Source: Magallana gigas
Lineage: Eukaryota
Direction of reading: 5' to 3'
Length of the DNA: 64,000 nucleotides
NCBI RefSeq assembly: GCF_963853765.1
Contig: NC_088857.1
Coordinates: 56,358,001-56,422,000 of the forward strand
Shown: positions 1 through 12,360 of the stretch, in pieces
How the letters are laid out: each line of letters opens with the position of its first letter
Numbering within the stretch: position 1 is the first letter of the stretch
Notes under the pieces: generated by a model
Told to the model about the DNA's origin: nothing
The model's database searches: none
What the model saw: only the letters and a program-made list of their open reading frames with translations
Position numbers and translations under genes: made by a program

Positions 1-3000
1 AACCATAAATCCAGACATGACCATCAGACCGAAGGAGAAGGAGAGGTAGTTCTTGTCCGGATTCTGGATCCACTGCCGGTTCACGACGGACATGGTGCCG
101 AAGATCAGGATACAGATCCCGGTCACTACGCCTGTCAACAGAGAAACAAACACTCAAGAAATGATGTGAAGTACCGGTAAGTGATAAATTATTATTATTA
201 CTATATGGCCTAGATTAAAATTTTTTGCTTTCAAGAAAAATAGCAGTGAAAAACTGCAAGTAGCACCCCTGGCTGATTTTAAAATCTTGCTTTAATTTTT
301 CAGACAATTGTGAATTACATGAAATTATAATAAATATTTGGTGCTATTTGATACAAAAATAGCAGAATTAGGTATTTGCGTAAAACACAGACTCTAAAGT
401 ATGTTTCTAAATGCATGAATATTTGGAAAAATGCATTTAGATTAAGTATTTTACTTCCATCACAGCAGTCTATTAACCAAGAACCTATCTTTATCTTTTA
501 TTAGCGTTGACTTCCTTGGAACTTACCGCACACAATGGCCGCCACCCCTACAGACATGAGCGCCCCGAAGCTGTTCCGACCGTGACAGATATTGAGGATG
601 AACAGAATGATCAGAGCGAGGATGACCAGCTCTGCTAACATGGTCAAGGTCATCATCACTTGTATGGACAGGAACCAGGCTAGAAACAAGACAGAGAACC
701 AATCAAATGTAGCAACTCATCATTGGTCAACTAAACCATACTGATACATTCTAGCTGTTAACCAACTTTTATTTTACAATTGACCAGAGATAAACTGGTC
801 CACATGTATCGTCTCATTTTTGCAACCAAAATGTAAAATATCTGAGAATTATATTTATATACCAAGACATCTGAGGTTTGGTTAAAGGCAAGAAGTATTT
901 GTGATGATGAACCTGGAAAAAACATCTTGCACACAAATATAAGGTGATTTACAGTATATAAAATTTCTTTATAGCTGTATGATTGTAAAAAAAATTAGGT
1001 GTTCCTGTTTCCAATACATTTTGCTTAATATTTCTATATCCATAAAAGACATGCCTACAAATAAATAATCTTTAATTGGTATATACTGTAGATTCCTTTT
1101 TAAAACGTGAAGAATTAATATCTGCCTTAAATTGCCAGACACAACCCTTGCAGATTTTAAAATCTAGGTTTCTTATCTAGACAGTTTTGAACTATATGAA
1201 GTTATAACAAAATCAAAGTACTGAAGAACTGACGGGAGTTGATTTTTTTCGATGTTTATTCATTTTAAAATCAATGATATGTTAATTTGCATGACAAGTA
1301 CATGTAGTTTCTAATTTGAATTACGCACATTTTTATAATATGAATTTCTGGACCTTTTCGACAAGAATGTCGAGAAACCCCCCATACGAATCATGTTAAA
1401 TAATATTTGAAGATAAAATTAATTCAATCAAACTATGTATCAGTAATAGAAATATTTCCCGAAAATTGTATGGATCCAAGCAATATTGAACTCTAGTTTT
1501 GTTCAACCAAACGCTCGGCTGACACCGTAAATCTCCGACAACGAGTGTCGAGTTGAAAGAGACTTTATTCATGAACTCTGGCGTAGGAATACATGATATG
1601 ACTACAAAAAATATTTAAATTGTTCGTACTATTTAAAATCCGACTATTTTCAAGGTATTTATAAATAAGTTTCCTTGAAAAACAATGCTTTAGCATACAT
1701 TACATCGATTTTATCAATTATTTTCAAGAACTAGGTCTTGCCAGCAGCAATGATTTGTGCTAAGGTCCAAACACTGTTTCACTTTCGGTTTGTCTGAGTA
1801 ACTGCATAGGAGAGTTGATTAAAATCAACTCCCAAAAATTGGTGCTCTCAATTTGATATTCTCAATATTTAATAAAGCACAAAGGAATCGTAGCATTAAG
1901 TACTCGCATAAGATAAGGAGTTATGCATTTTAAACAAAATGAAACTACCCCTTAAATGATAAAGTTGAGAAAAATTGTTTAAAGATGTCACAATTTTGCT
2001 CAATTCACATTAGTATCAGAAAATGTTTTTTCTTTTCAATTTCTAATTTTTTGTTAAAAAGAAGCAATATGTCAACATGGTCAAATAGGAAATCTCAAAC
2101 TTAAAGAGAGGAATTTATTTTTGGATATACATCGATTTCAACCGATTCTCAAGAAACTTTCGTATATCCATAATACATATAAGTATAAAATGGATTTTGC
2201 TGTACAGGTATATGGGACAGTATAAGTGAAATCTGTGAGTCGATCTACATTGTACGTACATGGGTTGATCCAGTGGAAGATTGGTCGGTACTCGTAGGAA
2301 TAAATCCACCAACAGCCATCGTATATCTTCCCGTTGTAATCATTGAAGTATGTCCAGTGGTTAAAGCATGCCTCCCATAACCCCAACTGTTAAAAATAAA
2401 ATCAAAATATCAAACTAAGTTTTTCTTTATCAGGTTGGGACCAATCTCCCAAATGGGATATAATAGCCAGTTTGGGATATAATAGCCCAAATGGGATATA
2501 AATTTAAAGTGCAAAAAACAATTTTTTTTTTCATTTTAAAATTTTTGATATAAATCCGCATTAATGTGAATCAAATGCAACAACTTTTGGTTAAGAAGTT
2601 TTGCTATATGTCTATAGATTGTAAGATTGATCCCCAAGAAGTTGTTGATATACTGAGGGATCAATCTCCGAAATAGTACAGCTACAGAAAAAGTTGTTTA
2701 CCAAAAGTTGTTGTATTTCATCTATTCTAATGCGGATTCATATCAAAAATTTCAAAATCAAAAACTTTTATATTTTGCACTTTAAATTTATATCCCATTT
2801 GGGCTATTATATCCCAAACGGGCTATTATATCCCATTTGGGAGATTGGTCCCAACCTGTTCAGTTAATTAAAAAATATGAGAATTTGGCTCTCCTTATGA
2901 TCTATTGATCAGCATTTACAGATACCGAGTACAGTTACTCATTACATGAATTACGAAAATATTTGAATTATCAAATCCATGCACGTACATAAACAAAACT

Positions 3001-3193
3001 GATTTTCATTTCCTGTTTACCTGAGTACACATGTATCTTCACTTACCTTAACAAATCCATTCGTCATTTTGTAGCGATCATCTGCTTCCAGCCAGTTCGG
3101 TGTCGCGAAAGAAATAATAAAAAATAAAAAGCCCACCGAAATGAAGCCTAGAGCCGAGAGGAGCAGATACCTAGACCTGTTCCAGGTCGCCAT
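1..3193 (-). CDS. Claudin-like tetraspan protein A (PMP22/claudin superfamily), 3' end beyond window edge
   Basis: Exons 3193-3047, 2386-2260, 679-527, 131-<1, all GT-AG, phases 0/1/1. Protein MATWNRSRYLLLSALGFISVGFLFFIISFATPNWLEADDRYKMTNGFVK|LGLWEACFNHWTYFNDYNGKIYDGCWWIYSYEYRPIFHWINP|SWFLSIQVMM...AAIVC|GVVTGICILIFG...NYLSFSFGLMVMSGFMV. Has the W...GLW..C...C extracellular-loop signature and four hydrophobic segments. Confidence 0.9.
1234..1833. mobile_element. Non-autonomous TIR element (MITE-like) in intron of claudin-like A
   Basis: GGGAGTTGATTT at 1234 and AAATCAACTCCC ending 1833; no ORF; no clear TSD. Confidence 0.5.
2431..2858. mobile_element. Foldback MITE, near-palindromic over its whole 428 bp
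   Basis: CAGGTTGGGACCAATCTCCCAAATGGGATATAATAGCCC ... GGGCTATTATATCCCATTTGGGAGATTGGTCCCAACCTG, with inverted similarity continuing inward. A related left end is near 15430. TSD not evident. Confidence 0.8.
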
Positions 3194-3290
3194 TTTGCCG
3201 TTTAGCTACACCGGAAGTTGACAGGTGAAAATTGAAATGGAAGAGTCAACTTTTGTCATGGGGGGGGGGGTCAAGGTAAAATTCAATGTG

Positions 3291-3330
3291 AGAGAGAGAG
3301 AGAGAGAGATGGAGAGAGAGAAAGAGAGAG
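3291..3330. repeat. (GA)n microsatellite; others at about 17287-17370, 39103-39148 and 60231-60276
   Basis: Direct reading of GA dinucleotide runs. Confidence 0.95.
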
Positions 3331-3660
3331 ACAGACGGAATTAAAAGTCGTGAATTTCCAATTCCATCAGTAATTTATATATATCGTTGAGTTGTTCCTG
3401 TTTGTACATCGGATAACGTTCAAAGACTCTAAATATTATATTCACATGTCTGTGATAACATTACGTAACTTCATAAAACGTGAGTGATACAAAATAGGCG
3501 TGTCTTATAGCATAACCGAAAAACGGTAGGCCTATTGACTGCGGCGCATTGTAATACCTAGCATGTGCTACTTAAAAAATAGTGATTTTAAAATAATGTG
3601 TTTTAAAGTGTACAAATTGGAAATAATATAAATATAAGTAATAAGAAATCATTCTTTGAA

Positions 3661-3767
3661 TATTATGAGGTGATGATTTCAGTCGGAGCGTGGTCAAATC
3701 TATCATACAGCCCTTCGGGATTTATTGGATTTGACCACGCCCCGGCCGAAATTATCACCTCATAATA
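3661..3767. repeat. Long imperfect hairpin, core of a dispersed repeat
   Basis: 40-bp arms 3661-3700 and 3728-3767; loop contains AGCCCTTCGGG, also seen at 61772-61782. Confidence 0.75.
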
Positions 3768-4580
3768 CTCATGCAAAGATTGATTCCTTATTCCTTACAT
3801 ACATGTAATACAGTATAGACTGCACATACAAGTACATGTGTTGGAGAAACATTTTGAAATATGCAATGAATAGAATAATTTCTATGTAAGCTCTAGACTG
3901 TCGATCATATCACGCCAATTTGGCACAAAAATCATTTTGAAAATATACTGTACATGTATGAAGGTCTGACATGTATACTAGTATGTATCTAATGTAATGG
4001 TGTATTTAAATGCATTATACGTACCAAAGCTGCGTTGTGAAACTAATTTCGCAGTTTATATAATTCAAATTAAATAGGATTATATGAACTTCAATTTCTT
4101 TTTCAAATCAAATGATTATGTCTATAAAATTGTGAAATAATTTTAAAATGTATATATAAACAGCAGATTAAGTAAAAGTTTCAGCTTTTTTATTGACTCT
4201 TGTCAGAGACATAAATATGTTGTTTATGTCTTTGCTCTCGTATAATAAGAAATACTAAAATTGAAAATAACACACACAAACATTCTTCAGAGAAATAGTT
4301 TTTATCTTTACTCTGAGACAATCATAAAAACATATATAATATGCATGAATTTTTTAACAAGGAAAACATCACATATCAATAATAAAACTGTTGGAGGTAA
4401 AACACAACTTGAAAAAAAATAAGAGGATGACATTTCTGATCATGAGACAAATTAAGTAATAAATATTAGCCCCGCCGTCACCAACCTTTTAAAATGACTC
4501 GACTCGATACTCGCTGAAAAGAAAAGTGGTATAAATTTGAGGTTAATGAAAGCGGGGCCAAAGCCTTCAATAGTAATTAA

Positions 4581-5061
4581 AGGGGCATGGTCACGATTTT
4601 GGTCAAAAATTAATTTTTCGATTTTGATGTTTACAGTGCTTCAGTAAGTCATTTTAATAAGACAACCAAAATTTGAGTGTCATTTGATGAGACATAAGTG
4701 AGTTACAGAGCTTACAATTAAACAAAGCGTTTGTTTACATTTCGAATGTTGAGGTGAAAATTCCAGTTTAAGACCTAACATAAATGTGTTAATCGTTCGG
4801 AACCGTTTATTTATGCTTTAAATGAATAATAAGATAGACCAACCAGCTTTAAAAAGATTGTTTACTGGTATATTGAACCTATGTAAACAAAAACAGGGCA
4901 CGAGCCTTGTTTACATGACGAAGACGAAGAGCCCTATATATTGCTTAAAACTCAACGACTGGCACCCAAATTTCATTTAATCATTAGAAATGCATTCCTA
5001 AAGCATTGCAAATAATAAAAACAGAAAAATAAAATTTGGTCAAAATCGTGACCATGCCCCT
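4581..5061. mobile_element. Non-autonomous Kolobok-type DNA transposon
   Basis: 21-bp perfect TIR AGGGGCATGGTCACGATTTTG; TTAA TSD at 4577-4580 and 5062-5065. Purine-purine termini with TTAA TSD are the Kolobok pattern (piggyBac starts CC). Confidence 0.8.
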
Positions 5062-6060
5062 TTAACAATTTTAAAGCACAAAAAAATATCATAGAAAATG
5101 TTAATAGAGCCGTTTGAACAAACACGTGGACTTTGGTCAGTTATTTAACGTAACAAACTCCGATTTCATGAAGGCGGGGTTTACTGCTGTCCAGTCAATG
5201 GCTAATAGATAGGAATACATTGAACGCAATGGCAATCGTCCGACTTCACCCAGAGATGCATATTTAATTGAAACAGCGTCATTTTAACTCAACAGAGCAA
5301 ATCTTGGCGCAACACTTTTCCGATTTTGACAGCCTATGAATATTAATAAGCTTCTCTTAGCGAATTAGAAGAAAGATCGAAGCTATTTGACAGCTTGTTT
5401 TTTGGTGTGCACACTATGATAGTAAATGTACATATAGTAACATCCCATAGAAAGTCAAAGCTATTGATAATTTAATAAAATGGTTCTATTGCAGAAAAAA
5501 ACGACAACGCGGCCGTTTTTTAATGACATCCCTCTACGAATATCTCGATCAATAGCCAATATTTTTAGCATTGTACTGGTCAGTAGGAACCGTCCAGTAC
5601 ACTTTTTGTTTTCTCCTTTCTGAGGAGCAATCAATCAATCCAGTCTTTTGTACATTTATTTTCGGTGTTATTGATTTTTCATTACACCATCTGTTTTATA
5701 TAACTCATATTTTTTTCATTTTCTTTCATATTTACTACATTCTAACGCAATACGTTTATGCGTTATTTAACTACCTTTGTATATTGTTATTTACCTTTTG
5801 TTTTGTCATTGTGCACATACATTTTTTATGCTATTACTTTCACCCCTACGTTTTGTTTATCTCTTTTGTTGAACAATATTTTGTCAATTGTCATATTGAG
5901 GTATCGTCATTTTCATTTGAATACCTTCATTCAGCTGTAAGTTTACTACTAGTGGTGTATCTTCCGGTTTTTGGTCTTATTCATTACCCATATACGACAC
6001 ATTATACAGATTGCAGCCATCATTTCCCCCCTATTGTTATCAAACAGTTAATCATTGACA

Positions 6061-9000
6061 ATGGGTAATTCATTAGAACAATACCGTGCTGCAATCGGTA
6101 ACTTCTATTTTTCATGCAGATGTGTATGCAGAAGTGTTCTGGTCAATTTTTTTGGTTTCTCATTTTTTTCTAAGATCTTTATGTTTCGAAGTATTGGTCT
6201 TTTTGCATTAGCTATGAAACACTTAAGCCGTCACATTGTCGTTTATAATTTCTATCTACAATTTTTCATGTTTCTTTTACTTCTCTGCGGTGATATTGAA
6301 GTCAACCCGGGACCTATTATGACCAATGTCCTTGACATTTTACATTTGAACATTCGCAGTATTAGAAACAAAGTCGCGAATCTTAGTTAATACTATAGTG
6401 CATGATTTTGATATACTTTGTTTTACCGAAACACATCTAGATCGTAATGTTACTAACGAAAGCTTAATGTTAGATGGATTTAACACTATTTATCGCAAGG
6501 ACAGAAATTGTTTTGGGGGAGGGATAATGATATATTTATCAGATTTATTACGAGCAATAAGGCGTCCTGAATTCGAAACAACATGTAATGAAAGCATATG
6601 GATAGAAATTGAAAGCCATACCTGTAGTTATTTTCTATGTTGCGTGTATCGACCCCCAAATTCCGACGGAAATTTTTGGACCAGTCTTTCTTGGAGCATT
6701 GAAAAGGTCGGGGAAATCACAGACAATATCATTATAATAGGCGATCTAAATGTTGATTTGTTAAGTATTCCACAAACTCATGTAATTCACGATATTATGT
6801 CCAACGGAAACTTTGTTAACAATATCAATGAACCCACTCGTGTCACAAACACTTCGAGCACACTCATTGACCTAGTTTTGTCAACACCGGCTGTAAAGGT
6901 ACACGAGTCCGGCGTACTTAACATAGACTCGTCCGTTAGACCACAAGGCCATTTATATTTCCTTCTCCATCGACATTGAACTGAATCGTGCATACGAGCG
7001 TAATATTTGGGTATATAAAGATGCAGATTTTGAAAAATTAAACTCTCTAATTTCCAACTGCGATTGGGATATTACAATTAACAGCGCTCCAAATATTGAT
7101 GCGGCAGTTGCACAGTTTACTTCAACATTTATGGCATATGTTCGTGAATGTGTACCCGAAAAAACTATAACCATACGCCCCCGCGATAAACCGTGGTACG
7201 ACTCGATGCTTCGTAAAACTATGAGAATTAGGGACCGCTTACGAAACAAAGCTTTAAGAACCAATAATGATGCCGACTGGACAAAATTCCGACACGTTCG
7301 CAATAAAGTAAATAATATGAAAAAACACGCTATAACTAATTATTATGATAATATTGAATCTGCATTGCATGATAGTAGTAGGAATGGTAAAATATATTGG
7401 AAGTTGATGAAAGATTTATTCAAAGTTAAAGCAACAACTGAAATACCCCCATTGCAATTCTTTGAAAATGGACAACCTACATTAGCCTTTTCAGATGTTG
7501 AAAAAACAGAAACTTTGAACAAATATTTTTCATCAATTTCAAATATTGAATCTGCGAATCGTTCATTACCAAATTTATACTATATGTGTAATAATTTTTT
7601 TTCAGATATTTACATAGAGGTTCAAGAAGTTTTTGACATTATATCAATCTTGCCCGTTAATAAGGCTATTGGCCCTGATAATATTAGTCATAGAATGTTG
7701 AAATATACAAAATTTTCCATTTCAAAACCTTTATGTATGCTTTTTAACAAATCACTTGTTGAAAATTCATTTCCAAATTATTGGAAAATAGCTCATGTTC
7801 TACCGCTCTTTAAGAAAGATGATCCATCTGTTGCAAGTAACTACAGACCGGTATCCCTGCTAAGCTGTGTCAGCAAAATTATGGAAAGGATAATTTTTAA
7901 GCACGTTTATAATTTCTTTCACGAAAATAATTTATTCTATAAATACCAGGCAGGTTTTTTGCCTGGCCATTCCACGGTATTCCAACTATTAGAAACATAT
8001 CATAGCATTGTCAAAAGTATAGAAGATGGGAAAATGTGTTGTATGATTTTTTGTGATTTGTCTAAAGCTTTTGACAGGGTGTGGCACGAAGCCCTAATTT
8101 TTAAACTTCAAACTTATGGTATAAGTGGGCATCTTTTACAATGGTTTAAAAGTTACTTAAGTGATAGAACACAAAGGGTAATGTACAAAAACAAGTTATC
8201 ATCAACGTTATGTATCAATGCTGGTGTTCCACAAGGGTCAGTATTAGGACCACTTTTATTTCTTATTTACATTAATGATGTAGCAACGAATATGTTATCA
8301 TTTTGTAGACTTTATGCTGATGATAATTCATTACAGCATTGTGATTTATATACTAAAAACATTGAAATTGTATTGAACCATGATCTGAAAATTCTCAGCG
8401 ATTGGTCTGACAAGTGGTTATTGAAATTTAATCCGTCTAAAACAAAAGCTGTTTTTTTCACTAAGAAACATGTAGAAGAATTTCCTAAGTTATTTTTTCA
8501 AGGGTGTCAACTGGACTATGTTTCAACCCACAGACATCTTGGTTTACTTTTTTCTAATGATTTAAGTTGGTCTCAATATATTAATAATATAGTAAACAGT
8601 GCATACAAAAAGTTAGGACTTTTGAAAAAACTTAAGTTTACTCTAGGTAGAACTAATTTATCAAAAATGTATATCACGTTTATTAGACCAGTTCTTGAAT
8701 ATGCGCCTGTAGTATGGGACGGTTGCAATATGTTTGACATGGAGAGATTAGAAAAAGTTCAATTAAGTGCTGCAAGGATTGTTACTGGTTTACCCATTTT
8801 AGCATCTACAGATTCTCTCTACACAGAAACTGGCTGGGAATCTCTGGTCAGTCGACGAAATAAGGCTAAATTAATAACCATGTTTAAAATTCATACAAAT
8901 CAAGTACCTGAGTACTTGAGCAATATTATTCCTCCCGTAACAAAAAATGTCTCAAAATATCACACAAGAAATAGCGAAAATTATAGTGTTCCAATCAGCA

Positions 9001-9476
9001 GATTAGAACTTTACAAAAAATCTTTTGTACCTGACACCATTCGGAAATGGAATTCTCTCAAATTAGAAGTTAGGGAAGCAACGTCTCTCAACATATTCAA
9101 GAAAAACATTACTGAAAGTATTCCTCAACCTCCAAAATATTTTTCATTTGGTAAACGCACTATTAATATTTTACATACCAAGTTGAGACACAACTGTATT
9201 TTGAATTATGATCTGTATAGAAGAAACATTATTGAATCACCCAATTGTATTTGTGGTCAAAAGGAGGATATTTATCACTTTTTCTTTGTATGCAAGAATT
9301 ATGTAAATGCAAGAAACAATCTTTTTGAATTACTTTTTAATAGGCTTGATGAAACAATTTTAATTAACTCACATTTGCTTCTTTGGGGTAGTGACAATTT
9401 GTCTTACAATACAAACTGCTTTATTTTTTCAGCAGTTCAAAAGTTCATTAATGAGTCTGGAAGATTTAATAATTAA
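6061..9476 (+). pseudogene. LINE polyprotein: leader-2A, APE endonuclease, reverse transcriptase, C-terminal Cys/His motif; two frameshifts in the endonuclease
   Basis: EN motifs LHLNIRSI, FTETHL, IIGDLNVD, TLIDLV. RT motifs NYRPVSLLSC, FCDLSKAFDRVWH, GVPQGSVLGPLLFLIYIND, YADD. C-terminal CICGQKEDIYHFFFVC. Frameshifts near 6388 and 6938 (the latter breaks SDH); open from 6939 to 9476. Confidence 0.9.
6292..6315 (+). other. 2A-like ribosomal skipping (StopGo) motif DIEVNPGP
   Basis: GAT ATT GAA GTC AAC CCG GGA CCT preceded by LLLLCG; matches the D(V/I)ExNPG/P consensus just upstream of the APE domain. Confidence 0.85.
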
Positions 9477-10041
9477 ATTCCTTTTTGCTTTTGCTTTCTA
9501 TACTGTACATTAACGTTATCTACTATATATTTGCAATTACTTTGTAAATGTATGTCCATGAATTTAATTATTATAAAGTCAATAACTATAAGTAACATGT
9601 AATATTACATGTACTATGACAATTGTATATATTGTATGTATTATCATTAGGAGAGGAACTTGTAAGTTGTAAGAACTTGTTTCCGATCCTTTTGTGTTAC
9701 TTACACAATAAAATATGTTCAAATCAATAGCCAATATACATGTATAAATGTATTTGTAATTTAGCACATACTAACAAATGTCATGCACGAGTAGGAAGAT
9801 GAAAAACATATTTACATGTACAACATACTAGTTTGTATTTGCTGAACCTTTAAAGACACAAACATAGCCTGGAGATTCTGATCAACAAGCGAATATAAAC
9901 ACCGGTATGCTACAGCTATAGCTTATCACCACTGCTCTGCTGCATGCTCCGCGCGGTAGGGGGCGCAGTTGTACCGTGAATATCATGTGATCCCACCAAT
10001 CTGTGACAGTGAAATGACACAGCACCATATTGTCCGTCTGC

Positions 10042-12360
10042 TCACGAACGGTAGGGGATCGCCACTGGTCCGTCACTGTCGTCTCTCCGGAACCTCCTGG
10101 CGGCCATGACAGTTGTCACACCGGAAATGATGAAACACAAGATGGCGGGAATCAGGATGAAGAAGGACCAGCCCTGGTTTTGTTTCTCGTTGTTTTCAAT
10201 CCATCGGAGGTCGTTCAGAGCTTTTGTGTGAAAAACAATCAAACTCACTGCACAGAAAAACGCTGAAAATAAAAGGAGATCGTTTTATTCAGTGCAAATT
10301 GAAGCAGAACTGCACTTTGAACAACATTTGCGGCTACTAGTATAAGTATTAGTCAGAACACACACTCGAATACAACCATAGACCAATCCACACTTTACAA
10401 AAGTTATGTCCCTTGGCCGCCATCTTTGGGGAAAACCCCATATATTTCTCACAGTAGCCTTTGTAGTTTAGAGGGTTGTAACTTCGCCATTTGATATTAG
10501 AAATCTGTTTCCGCTGTGAATTTTTATTGCCCCATTTGGGGCAACCCACACATCAAAGGAATAAATTAAATTCTAAGAGATTTCTTCACAGGACATAGAA
10601 CAATAGCTGGTTGCATAAAGAAAGGAAAAGTAGTTTTTTCCCTTTTGACCTTTGGGTTGACCCAGCAAAGGGGAACAACTTTTGCAAAGTGTGGATAGGA
10701 CTATTCAGCTTTTATTTTGTTGTAGAAAAGATGAGTAACCTTTAATACATGTTCAACTGACATACTCAAGCGGAAGTTTGAATTTCAACTAAGACAAACT
10801 TACATGACATGTATACATATGATCATATCTATGATCAAAACACGTAAACACTCATCTTGCTTTGGTAAATTTAGGCTGCATTATAAATTTTCTGTAGTTA
10901 AAAAGGATGCATTTCCGCCCTTTGGCTTGAACCTACCTGAGATGAAGTTTGCTCCTGCCGTGACCAGTAGCGTTATGTACACGTACTTCTGACGTAACAT
11001 GTGGAACATGACGATGACGTACACGATGACGACAGAGATCTCGAGCACCAGGGACACGCACATGATTCCCTGCACACCCTGCATCCAGGCTAAAAATAGA
11101 AACAAGCTCGTCAACACCCGGATGCTGGGCTCCTAAGTCTACGTGTACATGAAGGAGGATAACCGCTGTGTTAGATGGACTCACACTTCTGTATAGACAC
11201 TTTGTATTTTTTGTATAATTAACCCTTTACTGGCCATTCTTTGTAAGTAATTGGAACCTCGCCTCCGTTACTCTTCCTGTCATTCTAAATCATTTTTTTG
11301 AAGTCACCTAGATTTCTACACTGTCAAAAATGGTTGTTTTGAAACATACACATGCTCAATTATGATTTTATCTTGGCTTTGATAACAAACTACACAGAAC
11401 TATAAACTCTGTCAAGAGGCACCTGACGTTATACATATATGTATATTTTTTCCGGGATAAAAATATATACCCTATACATATTATAATACACAAATTACAC
11501 ATCGCCATCATCTTGGATTTATCTACAACCAACAACTGAAGTTTTTGCTCGAACTAATGTGACAATTTTAAATAAATCCAAAATGGCGGCGATTGGTAAC
11601 TTGTGTATTATTTATAGGTAAAGGGTATATATTCTTATATTATAATGAGAAAGATATAATAACGTCGGGTGCCTAGCTGTGACTCTGTCTGACAAACGGA
11701 CCTTTTGTATGGTATTTGATTCTGGAAAGAAGACCTTCTCAAACTTGTAAATGCTATCAAAGCTTATTTATATCACATATAGTTTGAAGATTTATCATCT
11801 AGAACATTCCTTGTTAAATACTAACTCATTGTATAATATTGGTGTTATAAATGTACAAAACATTTAGGGTATAAAAATAGGAGTTTTTTGTCATGTAAAG
11901 ATCGAAGACCAATCAAATTGTGAGAAAGGACAATGTACTTCTATTAATTAAAATCGTCATAAAAATGTGCTACAATAACTTCTCCCCAGGTTTCTGTTTA
12001 GTTGTATCCCCGGGCGAGATAAGAGCTTGTCCCTAATTAATCACAACTCCCCACCACAAACAGCTGATCACATTTGACTGCGGTCCCCGGATACTTACAC
12101 GGCCAGATCCATTCCCGGATGGCGTCAAAATCCGCGGACAGCATCCAGCGACATCCGTCATAGATGTTCTGTGTGGGGTCCTTGTAATAGCGCCAGTTCC
12201 TGAAGCAGGCCTCCCACAGCCCCAGACTCAGGAATCCCTGGTTGTCGTTCGCATTGGGTTCCAACCAATTTCCGGTCCCAAAACTCAGCAGGAAGAAAAT
12301 GAAGCCGACGGAGCAGATGATCAGAGAGAGAATAACGATCTTGCTGGCCTTCTGTGCCAT
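10042..12360 (-). CDS. Claudin-like tetraspan protein B, 211 aa, 3 coding exons
   Basis: Exons 12360-12099, 11089-10937, 10262-10042 (636 nt). MAQKASKIVILSL...NWLEPNANDNQGFLSLGLWEACFRNWRYYKDPTQNIYDGCRWML...IWP|SWMQGVQG...NFIS|AFFCAVSL...QGWSFFILIP...AIPYRS*. Confidence 0.92.
11462..11633. mobile_element. Short palindromic MITE in intron of claudin-like B
   Basis: AATATATACCCT...AGGGTATATATT ends, with inner inverted arms (ATCGCC..CATCTTGGATTTAT / ATAAATCCAAAATGGCGGCGAT). Confidence 0.6.

Larger units (their letters stand above)
5563..9722 (+). mobile_element. CR1-group (L2/CR1-like) non-LTR retrotransposon, 4.16 kb, TSD-flanked
   Basis: 15-bp TSD ATCAATAGCCAATAT at 5548-5562 and 9723-9737; APE endonuclease plus RT ORF; 3' UTR ending AATAAAATATGTTCAA. 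Confidence 0.93.

Noticed and set aside
5571-6068. 165-aa hydrophobic ORF as LINE ORF1
   Set aside because: Starts at TTG, reflects the T-rich composition, and has no RRM, zinc-knuckle or esterase motif; best treated as 5' UTR
11092-11190. GTGAGT donor-like site suggesting a micro-exon in claudin-like B
   Set aside because: The candidate 4-nt exon would break a frame that is already consistent with paralogs A and C
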